A stretch of 64,000 bases of DNA from an uncultured Bacteroidales bacterium (GTDB taxonomy: Bacteria > Bacteroidota > Bacteroidia > Bacteroidales > UBA12077). How positions within the stretch are numbered: the stretch's first letter is position 1; every line of letters starts with the position of its first letter. The DNA is taken from positions 194-64,193 of the forward strand of contig CAZDCZ010000003.1 of the NCBI GenBank assembly GCA_964504155.1, read 5' to 3'. Positions 10,267-19,092 of this stretch are shown here, piece after piece. Position numbers and translations under genes: made by a program. The notes under the pieces are model-generated. The model saw only the letters and a program-made list of their open reading frames with translations. It was not told where the DNA came from and did not search any database.

Positions 10267-10345
10267 TGTTTGCTATTTCCAAAAAGATTAAGAATAAATG
10301 TGTAATTTGTTTGTATATTTATAGCATTAATAAAAAAAATCATTT

Positions 10346-13300
10346 ATGCAGAAAGCAAAAAAATTTGGTGCATTTGCCGGAGTATTTACTCCTTCTATTT
10401 TAACCATTCTTGGTGTTATTATGTATATGCGATTGGGCTGGGTAGTTGGAGAAGCAGGCTTAATCGGAGCAATATTAATTATAATTGTTGCTCATGTAAT
10501 ATCTATTTCTACCGGACTTAGTATTTCGTCTATTGCTACCGATAAAAAAATAAAAACAGGTGGTATATATTATATGCTGTCACGAAGCTTAGGTCTGCCA
10601 ATGGGTGGTGCAATAGGACTTTCTTTAGTTGTTGGAACAGCTTTAAGTATTTCGTTATATATAGTTGGTTTTTCAGAAAGCTTTCTTGCAGTAGAATCAA
10701 TTCGTAATTTTTTTGGTTTAGGAATTACTATTAACGATTTTAGAATTCTTGGTTCAATAGTATTAATTGTACTAGTTGCTATAGCGTTTATTAGCACATC
10801 ATTAGCAATAAGAATACAATATGTAGTATTAGCTGCTATTGCCTTGTCTCTTATTTCTATTTTTGTTGGTTTTTTTGTTAATCAAGCTTATGTTCCCGAA
10901 AATATTGTATTGTTACCTGTACGAGATGGATTGCCATTAGAATATGTATTTTCTATTTATTTTCCTGCTGTTACAGGTTTTACTGCCGGAGTGGCAATGT
11001 CGGGAGACCTTAAGAATCCTAAAAAAGATATTCCAAAAGGAACTTTATTGGCTGTTATTACAGGTTTTGTTGTTTATGTTTTGCTTTCAGTAGGCTTTGC
11101 TTTTTTTGTAAATCGCGATTTATTAATTAACGATAGTAATTTCTTAATGCAAGTAGCTTGGTTTCCTCCACTTGTAATAGCAGGAATATGGGGAGCAACA
11201 TTATCGTCTGCATTAGGCGGAATACTGGGAGCCCCAAGAATATTACAAGCAATAGCGAAAGATAAAATTGTTCCTAAAATATTATCAATAGGATATGGTA
11301 AAAATAATGAACCAAGAAATGCATTAATACTAATATTTTTAATTGCCGAAGGAGGAATATTAATTGGCGATTTAAATATAATAGCCGGAGTTGTTTCTAT
11401 GTTTTTTCTTGCATCGTATGGGTTTATAAATATTTCGTATTCCTTAGAAAGTTGGGCAAGTGTCGATTTTCGACCAAGTTTTAGAATTCCCAGGTATATC
11501 GGAATAATTGGTTTTGTTGCCTCATTTATTGTAATGTTTAAGATCGATATGGTGTCGATGATATTTGCATTTATTCTTATAGGAGCAATATATTTATTCC
11601 TGCGACATAAAAATTTTAGAAATGAATATGGTGATGTTTGGAAAAGTGTATGGTCTTCAATTATTCGAAAAGCATTAAAAAAACTTGAGTCAGGTGATAT
11701 TGAAAAACGAAATTGGCGCCCCAATATTATTTTGTTTAGTGGGGGTGCGAATTCAAGACCTCATTTAATTCGTTTAGGAAAAGCTTTGCTTGGGAATCAG
11801 GGAATATTGTCGAATTTCGATCTTATAGAAAAAAAATCGGCCAAAACATTGTTTCCCAAAAGTAAACAAATGCAAACAAAACTTGACAATTCCGAAGATG
11901 GAATATTCACACGTGTACAAGATTGTAGAGATATTTACGAAGGAATAGAAACAATATCATCTACTTACGGTTTTGCAGGTGTCGAACCTAATACTGTTTT
12001 AATGGGTTGGGGACGGCAAAGTAAAGACCCTAAACGTTTTGCACAAATGGTTGAGACTTTAAGTCAACTCGATCAGAGTATTCTTATGGTCGATTATGAT
12101 GAAGAAGTTGGTTTTGGTAAGAAAAAACTAATAGATATATGGTGGCGTGGAGCCGGGAATAATGGCAATTTTGCATTAACATTAGTTCGATTTCTTATAA
12201 TGGATGATGATTGGACTAATGCAAAAGTAAGATTGTTAGTTGTTAATCCCGAAAACGAAGATAGAGACCTGTTATTAGAGAGAACAAAAAAAATACTGAA
12301 CGACTTTAGAATTGATGTAGAAATAGTAATAATTAATAATAAAATTGAACAAAAATCATTTTACGATATTATCAGAAGAGAATCTCTAAATTCAGATTTA
12401 ATATTACTCGGATTACCAAATATTGAAAAAGGTAATGCTATAAAACTGGTTGAACAAACCAACGAATTAACAAATAATATCGGGACAGTAGTTCTTATTA
12501 AAGCATCATCGTATTTTAGCGACTTATATATTGTCGATAAAAATAAATATATTTCATCTAGAATATCACAAAAAGAATTAGATACAGAAATTTCTGTAAA
12601 AAATGTTTCATGGGAATTGAACTTTCCGAAAAATACTGTTGTATCTGAACAGTTACATTTCTTACACGACACATTAATAGCGTCGGCAGATAATTATTAC
12701 GAGAATTATGCTTACAAAGTAGCCGAAGAGAATAGTAAATTAATAGAATCAATAAAAAAACTTGTTGCTAATAATTTTGTTAATATAAAGCACGAGTTGA
12801 AAGGGAATAATAGAAATCAAAAACAAGTAATTTTTAAATACCAAACAAATATCCTTACCCGTACGAGAAAGATTATTTCTGAATTTAATAACGAAAACCT
12901 AAAATTTCAACACAATAATTTAAATCGAGGCTTATATGTATATATTGATGTATTAACAGATTTGCTTCAAAATATTCCTAATAAACTTAAAATAAAATAT
13001 TATAAAGACGATTTGTTAGTTGCTAATAACGATAGCCTTAATTTAAAATGGTATAAGCAAATTAGCAAACTAAAGATTTTCTTAGTATATGGGAAAGATA
13101 GTGTTAATTACAACATAAAATATAAAGATTTAATTTCCCAGTATATTCCTATAAAAATATATGCATTATTAGAAAAAATATTCAATAAATTAGGAGAATA
13201 CCATCTTAAATTTTCTATTGACCTTCAGAGTGCAATGAAGCATTTATCCTTAAACTTTTGGGAAATAGAAAAAAGCGCAGAAATTAATAAACTAAAACTT

Positions 13301-15526
13301 GAAACTCTTGACGAAATTGAGACAAAGATTATTAATGAACTTGATATAATAAAGAAAGCTCATTTTAAATCACATCGATCTTTGTATCAGCTATTTACTA
13401 ACGATACATCTGAAGTAATTAGAAAGATAAATAGTAAGTTTGATATATTATTGATAAATAGAGATATTAAAGTATTGTCGAAACGTACAGAAAAACGATA
13501 TAGAGCAAAGATTCTTAATATCCCAAATCAATGGTTTAGCAATCAGAAACTAATTTATAATAATAACTATATTGGAATAATGCTATTGTCATTCGAATAT
13601 AGAGTTAGGAAAATTTTTGACGAAGTAATTTCCGAAATAGAAAATATTTATGATGAATTATTGATAAATAAACTTAATGAATTTATTCTTTTCTTAAATA
13701 AATATCAGAAAGAAATAAAAAGTAATACTAAACCCGAGTTTAGTATTAATCCTGATGAATTTATTGACGAACAAAATATTTTTCAGATAAAAGAAAAATT
13801 TGAATCATCAATTAGAAAATTGAAATATGCAGTGCGTAAATTTCCTGAGAAGATTACTGTAATTTCCGATAATTCATATAATAATTATTTAATAGAACAG
13901 TTTGAAGGTGTTGATGTTTTAAATGTATCTGCTTCTCGATTGTTAGATTATATTTTACAAAACGATTTAATTGAGCCAATACAAAAATTAATAAATTCCA
14001 TTCCTGAAGATCTGAAAGCAATTCAATCTAGTAGTAGAGATATTATTAGGCATATAGATTTTAATATCCGACAAAAAGGTGTTTACGAGCATTCTGAACT
14101 TGATACTTATTTTTCTGAAATGACAGAGTTATTTGGTGAACAAAAACAAAAAACCGAAAATTTATTAAGCTTAGCCAAGAAACAAAAAACTGAAATAATT
14201 CAAAGTATAAGCAGCCAGTTAAATACAATATTTAATCAGTTATCGCATAGTTCGTTTACTAAAAGTGGTGTAAATATTAAACAATATATTAAAGAACAAA
14301 CATCATTAAAGAGAAAGTCTATTTCATTACGTACTAAGTCGAGTATAATAAACGGCTTTAAAAAACAAATAGAACAATTCTGGTATCGTCAGAGTATAGG
14401 TGTTTTAGTCTCTAAATCTGTTTCAAAAAACACATCAGGCGACACTAGAGTAAATAAAATTCTTAACTTAGTTGAACATATAAGTTTCGATAAAGCAATA
14501 ATAAATAAATTGCCATTTTATTATAAACAATTATTTCTTCGTAAACAGTATTATTATAATGAATTTTGGTTCGGAAGAGAAAAAGGACTTAAAGATGCAG
14601 AAATTGCTATTGAAAGATATAATTCAGGGTTTAAAGGAGGATTGCTGATTCTTGGAGAATCTGGAAGTGGGAAAACATTCTTTTCTCATTATATTAGTTC
14701 AAAATATTTTAATTCTCAAAATACTTATATTGTAAATCCTCCATTCTCAGGATCTATTAGTCCCAAGACATTTAAAGCTAATATTGAGAAAGCCGTGGAT
14801 GTATATGGTACTTATGACGAAATATTTGAAAAAATTCCGAAAAAGAGTGTAATAATTATCGACGATTTAGAATTGTGGTGGGAGAAGAATCTTAATGGAT
14901 ACGAAGTTGTTAAAATAATCTTAGAATTAATTAGAAATTATAGCAGTAAATGTTTTTTCATTGCTAACTTAAATACTTATACATACGAGTTTATTAAGAA
15001 AATAATAAAAATAGAAAATTCATTTCTGAATATTATTGAATGTGATTATTTTGATGCAAAGACAATTAAGAATATTGTATTGTTCCGACATAATTCGGGA
15101 AATTTAAATCTTTTAAATAGTAAGGGTGAGAAAATCAGACCAATTGGGGAAGCACGATTTTTCTCTAATATTTTTAACCTTTCGCAGGGAAATATTAATA
15201 CAGCACTTCATTTATGGCTAAGCAGTATTACAGAAATAAAAAACGATACAATAAAAATTAGAAACATTAAACACGTTGATAGTACAGTGTTATTAAATTT
15301 GCCTGCCGATTGGTATATTGTTTTAGTGCAATTGTTTTTGCATAAAAGACTTAATAGAAAAAGTTTGTCCGGGGTGTTAATGAAATCGGATATAGAGACG
15401 GACGTTCTTACCGATGCATTACTTAGAACAGGATTAATAATAGAAGAAAAAGTTAATACTTTTATAATTAATCCGCAGTTGTATATATATATTAGAAAAG
15501 CATTGATCGAGAAAAATATGATTTAA
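10346..15526 (+). CDS. Giant fusion protein: SLC12/cation-chloride cotransporter-like APC permease with CCC C-terminal domain, then about 650 aa of helical linker, then a C-terminal P-loop (AAA-like) ATPase with a possible winged-helix end
   Basis: 1,726 codons with no stop in very AT-rich DNA. The N-terminus (FGAFAGVFTPSILTILGVIMYMRLGWVVGEAG) resembles the SLC12 TM1 signature, followed by about 12 TM helices. RNWRPNIILFSGG at aa 455-467 opens the CCC cytoplasmic domain, which runs to about aa 725. Walker A GESGSGKT is at aa 1437-1444 (nt 14654-14677). Walker B IIIDDLE has its DD at aa 1506-1507. Confidence 0.8.
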   Translation: MQKAKKFGAFAGVFTPSILTILGVIMYMRLGWVVGEAGLIGAILIIIVAHVISISTGLSISSIATDKKIKTGGIYYMLSRSLGLPMGGAIGLSLVVGTALSISLYIVGFSESFLAVESIRNFFGLGITINDFRILGSIVLIVLVAIAFISTSLAIRIQYVVLAAIALSLISIFVGFFVNQAYVPENIVLLPVRDGLPLEYVFSIYFPAVTGFTAGVAMSGDLKNPKKDIPKGTLLAVITGFVVYVLLSVGFAFFVNRDLLINDSNFLMQVAWFPPLVIAGIWGATLSSALGGILGAPRILQAIAKDKIVPKILSIGYGKNNEPRNALILIFLIAEGGILIGDLNIIAGVVSMFFLASYGFINISYSLESWASVDFRPSFRIPRYIGIIGFVASFIVMFKIDMVSMIFAFILIGAIYLFLRHKNFRNEYGDVWKSVWSSIIRKALKKLESGDIEKRNWRPNIILFSGGANSRPHLIRLGKALLGNQGILSNFDLIEKKSAKTLFPKSKQMQTKLDNSEDGIFTRVQDCRDIYEGIETISSTYGFAGVEPNTVLMGWGRQSKDPKRFAQMVETLSQLDQSILMVDYDEEVGFGKKKLIDIWWRGAGNNGNFALTLVRFLIMDDDWTNAKVRLLVVNPENEDRDLLLERTKKILNDFRIDVEIVIINNKIEQKSFYDIIRRESLNSDLILLGLPNIEKGNAIKLVEQTNELTNNIGTVVLIKASSYFSDLYIVDKNKYISSRISQKELDTEISVKNVSWELNFPKNTVVSEQLHFLHDTLIASADNYYENYAYKVAEENSKLIESIKKLVANNFVNIKHELKGNNRNQKQVIFKYQTNILTRTRKIISEFNNENLKFQHNNLNRGLYVYIDVLTDLLQNIPNKLKIKYYKDDLLVANNDSLNLKWYKQISKLKIFLVYGKDSVNYNIKYKDLISQYIPIKIYALLEKIFNKLGEYHLKFSIDLQSAMKHLSLNFWEIEKSAEINKLKLETLDEIETKIINELDIIKKAHFKSHRSLYQLFTNDTSEVIRKINSKFDILLINRDIKVLSKRTEKRYRAKILNIPNQWFSNQKLIYNNNYIGIMLLSFEYRVRKIFDEVISEIENIYDELLINKLNEFILFLNKYQKEIKSNTKPEFSINPDEFIDEQNIFQIKEKFESSIRKLKYAVRKFPEKITVISDNSYNNYLIEQFEGVDVLNVSASRLLDYILQNDLIEPIQKLINSIPEDLKAIQSSSRDIIRHIDFNIRQKGVYEHSELDTYFSEMTELFGEQKQKTENLLSLAKKQKTEIIQSISSQLNTIFNQLSHSSFTKSGVNIKQYIKEQTSLKRKSISLRTKSSIINGFKKQIEQFWYRQSIGVLVSKSVSKNTSGDTRVNKILNLVEHISFDKAIINKLPFYYKQLFLRKQYYYNEFWFGREKGLKDAEIAIERYNSGFKGGLLILGESGSGKTFFSHYISSKYFNSQNTYIVNPPFSGSISPKTFKANIEKAVDVYGTYDEIFEKIPKKSVIIIDDLELWWEKNLNGYEVVKIILELIRNYSSKCFFIANLNTYTYEFIKKIIKIENSFLNIIECDYFDAKTIKNIVLFRHNSGNLNLLNSKGEKIRPIGEARFFSNIFNLSQGNINTALHLWLSSITEIKNDTIKIRNIKHVDSTVLLNLPADWYIVLVQLFLHKRLNRKSLSGVLMKSDIETDVLTDALLRTGLIIEEKVNTFIINPQLYIYIRKALIEKNMI

Positions 15527-15536
15527 TAAAAAGCTT

Positions 15537-16280
15537 ATGGATAATATTTTTGAATTTTCGGTTACATCGAATTATTTATTTCGATTTTTTATTATAATAG
15601 CCTTTTTATTCCTATTTTTTAGGATAATATCTTATGTGTTGCCATTAGTTTTTAAAAATCAGCGATATTATAAATTATTTAAAAAATATGTCCATGGAAT
15701 CGAAATTTTTGTTTGGATAATATTTCTATCAAAAGCATATTATAAATTATCTATCTCGAATCAAGTTTTTTCTATTGTTAGTCTTATAATAATAATAATT
15801 TTAGTTTTATATTTTTCGTGGTATGCCTTAAAAGATTATGTTGCGGGAGTAATTTTTAAAACATGCGGAAATGTTTATATTAACGATAATGTTCGCATAT
15901 ATAAATATACAGGAAAAATTGTAAAATTTGCTTATAGAACATTAAGTATAGAAACTACTAAAGGCGAAATAGTATATATTCCATATAGTAAAATTACAAG
16001 CAATTCGGTAGTAAAAATGAATCTAGCCGAAGCTATTAAAAGTTACTCTTTTAAATTAAAAATAAAAAAAACTAACAGTTTAGTAGATACTATAGAAAAT
16101 ATAAAAAAATCAATCATTAATTTGCCATGGTCGTCGGTTAAAAAAAAACCCGGAGTATATCCTATCGAAGAAACTAATACAAATATTATTTTTGATATTA
16201 CAGTTTATGCAATCGAAGATGACTATTTTTATAATATAGAGAATTATATAAAAGAAAAATTTGCCAATATAGAAGAATAG
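15537..16280 (+). CDS. Small MscS-family mechanosensitive ion channel-like protein
   Basis: 247 aa with three N-terminal TM helices. These are followed by the MscS beta-domain pattern LKDYVAGVIFKTCGNVYINDNVRIYKYTGKIVKFAYRTLSIETTKGEIVYIPYSKI. The start is 10 nt after the stop of the giant ORF. Confidence 0.65.
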   Translation: MDNIFEFSVTSNYLFRFFIIIAFLFLFFRIISYVLPLVFKNQRYYKLFKKYVHGIEIFVWIIFLSKAYYKLSISNQVFSIVSLIIIIILVLYFSWYALKDYVAGVIFKTCGNVYINDNVRIYKYTGKIVKFAYRTLSIETTKGEIVYIPYSKITSNSVVKMNLAEAIKSYSFKLKIKKTNSLVDTIENIKKSIINLPWSSVKKKPGVYPIEETNTNIIFDITVYAIEDDYFYNIENYIKEKFANIEE

Positions 16281-16341
16281 AAATTCTTGAAAATATCATT
16301 TCATAATACCTTATATCCGCAAATAAATCATTTAAAAAAAC

Positions 16342-16381
16342 ATCAATCATCTGTGTAAGAAATGCTTACACAGTGATTGAT
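16342..16381 (+). other. Long imperfect hairpin downstream of the MscS-like gene; possible terminator or outer end of the IS remnant
   Basis: Arms 16342-16359 and 16365-16381 (atcaatcatctgtgtaag / cttacacagtgattgat) pair with one bulged base and a 5-nt loop. There is no trailing T-run. Confidence 0.4.
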
Positions 16382-16447
16382 ATATGAATATTTTCACTTA
16401 TTTTAGTGATACCAAACAACAAAAATAGTTGTGAAATATTTACGAAC

Positions 16448-17139
16448 ATGAAAGTACAAAATTTCAAGACATCAGTAAAACCTTTTTCGGGAAATTCGAT
16501 AGTAAATTATCATTCTAACAAATCCAATACGAGTCAATTAACTGATAATGAGCTAGGTGTAAAAAATGAAGTGTGCTAGGTATCAATATAGTGAGATATT
16601 TAAAAATTGACAAATGTTTATCTTAGCGGTGGTGATGCAATAAAAGATATTACACTTACTTTAGAGAGTATCTCGAAAGTATTCCAAATAACAATATTCC
16701 TAGTGCTGATACTGTTTTGAGAGTATTTAAAGAGCTTACAACCCAAAATAGTTCTTATGTTTCAGATAGTGTATATCGTATAATTTTAACATAAACAATA
16801 AGTTTAATTTATTAAATATCAAATCGTTAAAACTGACTAATCAATTAAAATGTGGTAGTAGTTATAATTTTGATTACGACAATCAAATAAATGCAAATAA
16901 TAAGTGGGATGCAAAAACCTCATATAAAAAAAAACCAGAAAAACTATTTTTAATAAAAATGACGATTTACCTTTGCGAAAATTTGATGATAACACTCTTT
17001 TGTTTGATAAAAAAGTATCTAAAAGAAAAATTAGTAACTTTATAAGTAGTATTATTCTACAGTTTTAAATAAGAAATAAAGTAAAAATACATTTAGACTT
17101 CTAGGTTTTTAGTATTTTTATATGGTTGCGGAATTAAGG
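16448..17139 (+). mobile_element. Decayed IS1380-family-like transposase remnant (multiple frameshifts and stops, internal deletion)
   Basis: Broken frames read LSGGDAIKDITLTLE, then YLESIPNNNIPSADTVLRVFKELTTQNSSY, then YNFNINNKFNLLNIKSLKLTNQLKCGSSYNFDYDNQINANNKWDAKTSYKKKP. This is the N-terminal third of an IS1380-type DDE transposase as I recall it. It then jumps to a 154-bp tail shared with the remnant at 57743-58596. Confidence 0.6.
16986..17139 (+). repeat. 154-bp IS tail, copy A (inverted partner at 57743-57896)
   Basis: Hand alignment to the reverse complement of 57743-57896 gives 148/154 identical positions with no gaps. Confidence 0.9.
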
Positions 17140-17175
17140 CTAAACAATATAAATATTTCAATAAAAAACATAAAT

Positions 17176-17603
17176 ATGAGTAATTAATTTACAAACAAAA
17201 CAGTTACGATATTATTGAAAAATGTTTTGAAGTCCACAACAATCTTGGTCACTGATTTCTAGAAATTGTGTATAAAAAAGATGCTCTTGAATATGAATTT
17301 AGACAGGAAGAAATCCCTTTTAAAAGAGAATATATTGTAAACTATAATAAAAAAAAATTACCACATAAATTTTATGCCGATTTTGTAGTTTATGATAAAA
17401 TTATACTTGAAATAAAAGCTACATCGGGCATAGTAGATAAATTTATTGCTCAATCATTAAATTACCTGAAAGTTTCGGATAATAAATTAGCTTTAATTGT
17501 AAATTTTGGACAACTGCACTTAAACTATAAAAGAATTGTATTTGAAAATAAACTAAAAGAATATAAAAATCACAATTCGAGTATTCGCGGTGCAAATTTT
17601 TAA
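17176..17603 (+). pseudogene. GxxExxY family protein (PD-(D/E)XK nuclease-like) inactivated by a frameshift and an in-frame TGA
   Basis: The ATG at 17176 reads MSN and then a stop. The adjacent frame continues LIYKQNSYDIIEKCFEVHNNLGH*FLEIVYKKDALEYEF... The TGA at 17253-17255 replaces the Gly of the family-defining G-x-x-E-x-x-Y motif (here *FLEIVY). The remaining 111-aa ORF (17268-17603) carries the rest of the domain. Confidence 0.7.
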
Positions 17604-17615
17604 AATAATTAAAAT

Positions 17616-19055
17616 ATGAGATTAGAAAAAGATTTTATTGGAGAAAAACAGATTCCTAAAGATGCACTTTACGGAATTCATTCTGTTAGGGCTCGTGAGA
17701 ATTTTCCCGACACCAGCCCTTTTCATAAAGAATGGTATAGAGCAGTAGGTATTACAAAGCTTGCTTGCTTTTTGACATATAAAAATTTTAAATCGGCAAT
17801 AGAGAAAAAATATCCCGACACAAAACTACCAATAAGTCTTTTCTCTGATGAGATAATAAAATCCTTAATACTATCGGCAGAAGAAATTTCTCAAGGTAAA
17901 CATTTTAATAATTTCATAGTACCTGCAATACAAGGAGGTGCAGGCACAAGCATTAATATGAATATTAATGAGATATTAGCTAACCAATCCTTAAGAAATA
18001 TTAATAAAACTATAGGCGAATATAATATTATCGACCCTATTGAACATGCTAACATTTATCAATCGACAAACGATGTAATACCAACATCGTTAAAAGTAGC
18101 AACAATACAATTATTAGAAAATCTCGAAGAAGAGATAAATAAATTACGTTTATCTATTGAGAAGCTTGAAAGCGAAAGCAGAAACAAATTACGAATTGCA
18201 TATACTCAAATGCAAGAAGCTGTTCCCTCATCGTATGCAATGCTATTTAGCTCATATAACGAAGCTCTATCGCGCGACTGGTGGAGAGTCTCGAAATGTT
18301 TCGAACGAATAAAAATCGTTAATTTAGGCGGAAGTGCAATAGGAACAGGGATTTCTGTTCCACGATATTTTATAATGGAAGTAGTTACTACTTTACAACG
18401 ACTTACAAATTTACCTATTACTCGCAGCGAAAATATGTCGGATACAACAAGCAACACCGATAGTTTTGTTGAAGTACACGCTATTTTAAAAGCGCATGCC
18501 GTAAATCTCGAAAAAATGGTTTCCGACATTCGTTTGCTCTCTTCCGATATCACAGGAAACAAAGAAATCTCAATTCCACAAAAACAAGTAGGAAGCTCAA
18601 TAATGCCGGGAAAAGTAAATCCTGTAATCCCCGAGTTTGTTATCAGCGCAGCACATAAGATATACAGTAACGACATGTTAATTTCGTCGCTAAGTGCTCA
18701 GGGATGTCTCGACTTAAATGCCTATTTACCGGTTATAGGAAATGCTTTATTAGAAAGTATTAAATTACTTATTGCAGCAGATAAAACATTACGAGAAAAT
18801 TTATTTAGTAATATTATTATCGATAATAAAAAAGCTGAAAAACGACTATTTTATAGTCATGCAATAACTACAGCTTTAAGTCCGTTTATTGGCTATAACA
18901 AAGCTTCGGAACTTGCAAAAGAAATGAAAAAATCGAATACAAATATCTTTGAAGCTAACACTAAACTAAAAATTATCGATTCAAATAAATTAAAGAATAT
19001 TCTTGCTCCTCAAAATCTTTTAAAAATGGGATTTACAATCGACGAGATAATATAA
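17616..19055 (+). CDS. Class II fumarase/aspartase family lyase, aspartate ammonia-lyase-like
   Basis: 479 aa. The N-terminus MRLEKDFIGEKQIPKDALYGIHSVRARENF matches the family. Other matches are QGGAGTSINMNINEILAN, QSTNDVIPT and the signature GSSIMPGKVNP. Confidence 0.8.
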   Translation: MRLEKDFIGEKQIPKDALYGIHSVRARENFPDTSPFHKEWYRAVGITKLACFLTYKNFKSAIEKKYPDTKLPISLFSDEIIKSLILSAEEISQGKHFNNFIVPAIQGGAGTSINMNINEILANQSLRNINKTIGEYNIIDPIEHANIYQSTNDVIPTSLKVATIQLLENLEEEINKLRLSIEKLESESRNKLRIAYTQMQEAVPSSYAMLFSSYNEALSRDWWRVSKCFERIKIVNLGGSAIGTGISVPRYFIMEVVTTLQRLTNLPITRSENMSDTTSNTDSFVEVHAILKAHAVNLEKMVSDIRLLSSDITGNKEISIPQKQVGSSIMPGKVNPVIPEFVISAAHKIYSNDMLISSLSAQGCLDLNAYLPVIGNALLESIKLLIAADKTLRENLFSNIIIDNKKAEKRLFYSHAITTALSPFIGYNKASELAKEMKKSNTNIFEANTKLKIIDSNKLKNILAPQNLLKMGFTIDEII

Positions 19056-19092
19056 ACATCATAGAATTATTACAATTAATACGATTATTACA

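Noticed and set aside
11074-11724. 216-aa ORF antisense to the transporter domain of the giant gene, and similar antisense ORFs at 2838-3185, 3734-4126, 8182-8529, 18206-18676, 22179-22538 and 46502-46795
   Set aside because: All lie entirely inside much longer ORFs on the opposite strand that carry strong family motifs. Their translations are low-complexity mirror images with no recognisable motif. They are shadow ORFs.
16783-16800. tttaacataa, the reverse complement of the XerD-arm-like TTATGTTAAA, as a possible dif site
   Set aside because: It lies inside the decayed transposase remnant. It lacks the matching XerC arm and the central-region symmetry. It is a short AT-rich word expected by chance.
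17253-17255. In-frame TGA aligned with the conserved glycine of the GxxExxY motif, suggesting TGA=Gly (code 25) or another recoding
   Set aside because: The same gene also has an independent frameshift near its start. No other conserved gene in the window needs an in-frame TGA, including ORFs of 1,726, 825 and 820 codons. TGA also ends ispH (31034) and the DAHP synthase/chorismate mutase gene, the latter as tandem TGA TGA (45691-45696). A simple GGA to TGA nonsense mutation in a decaying gene next to an IS scar is the economical explanation.
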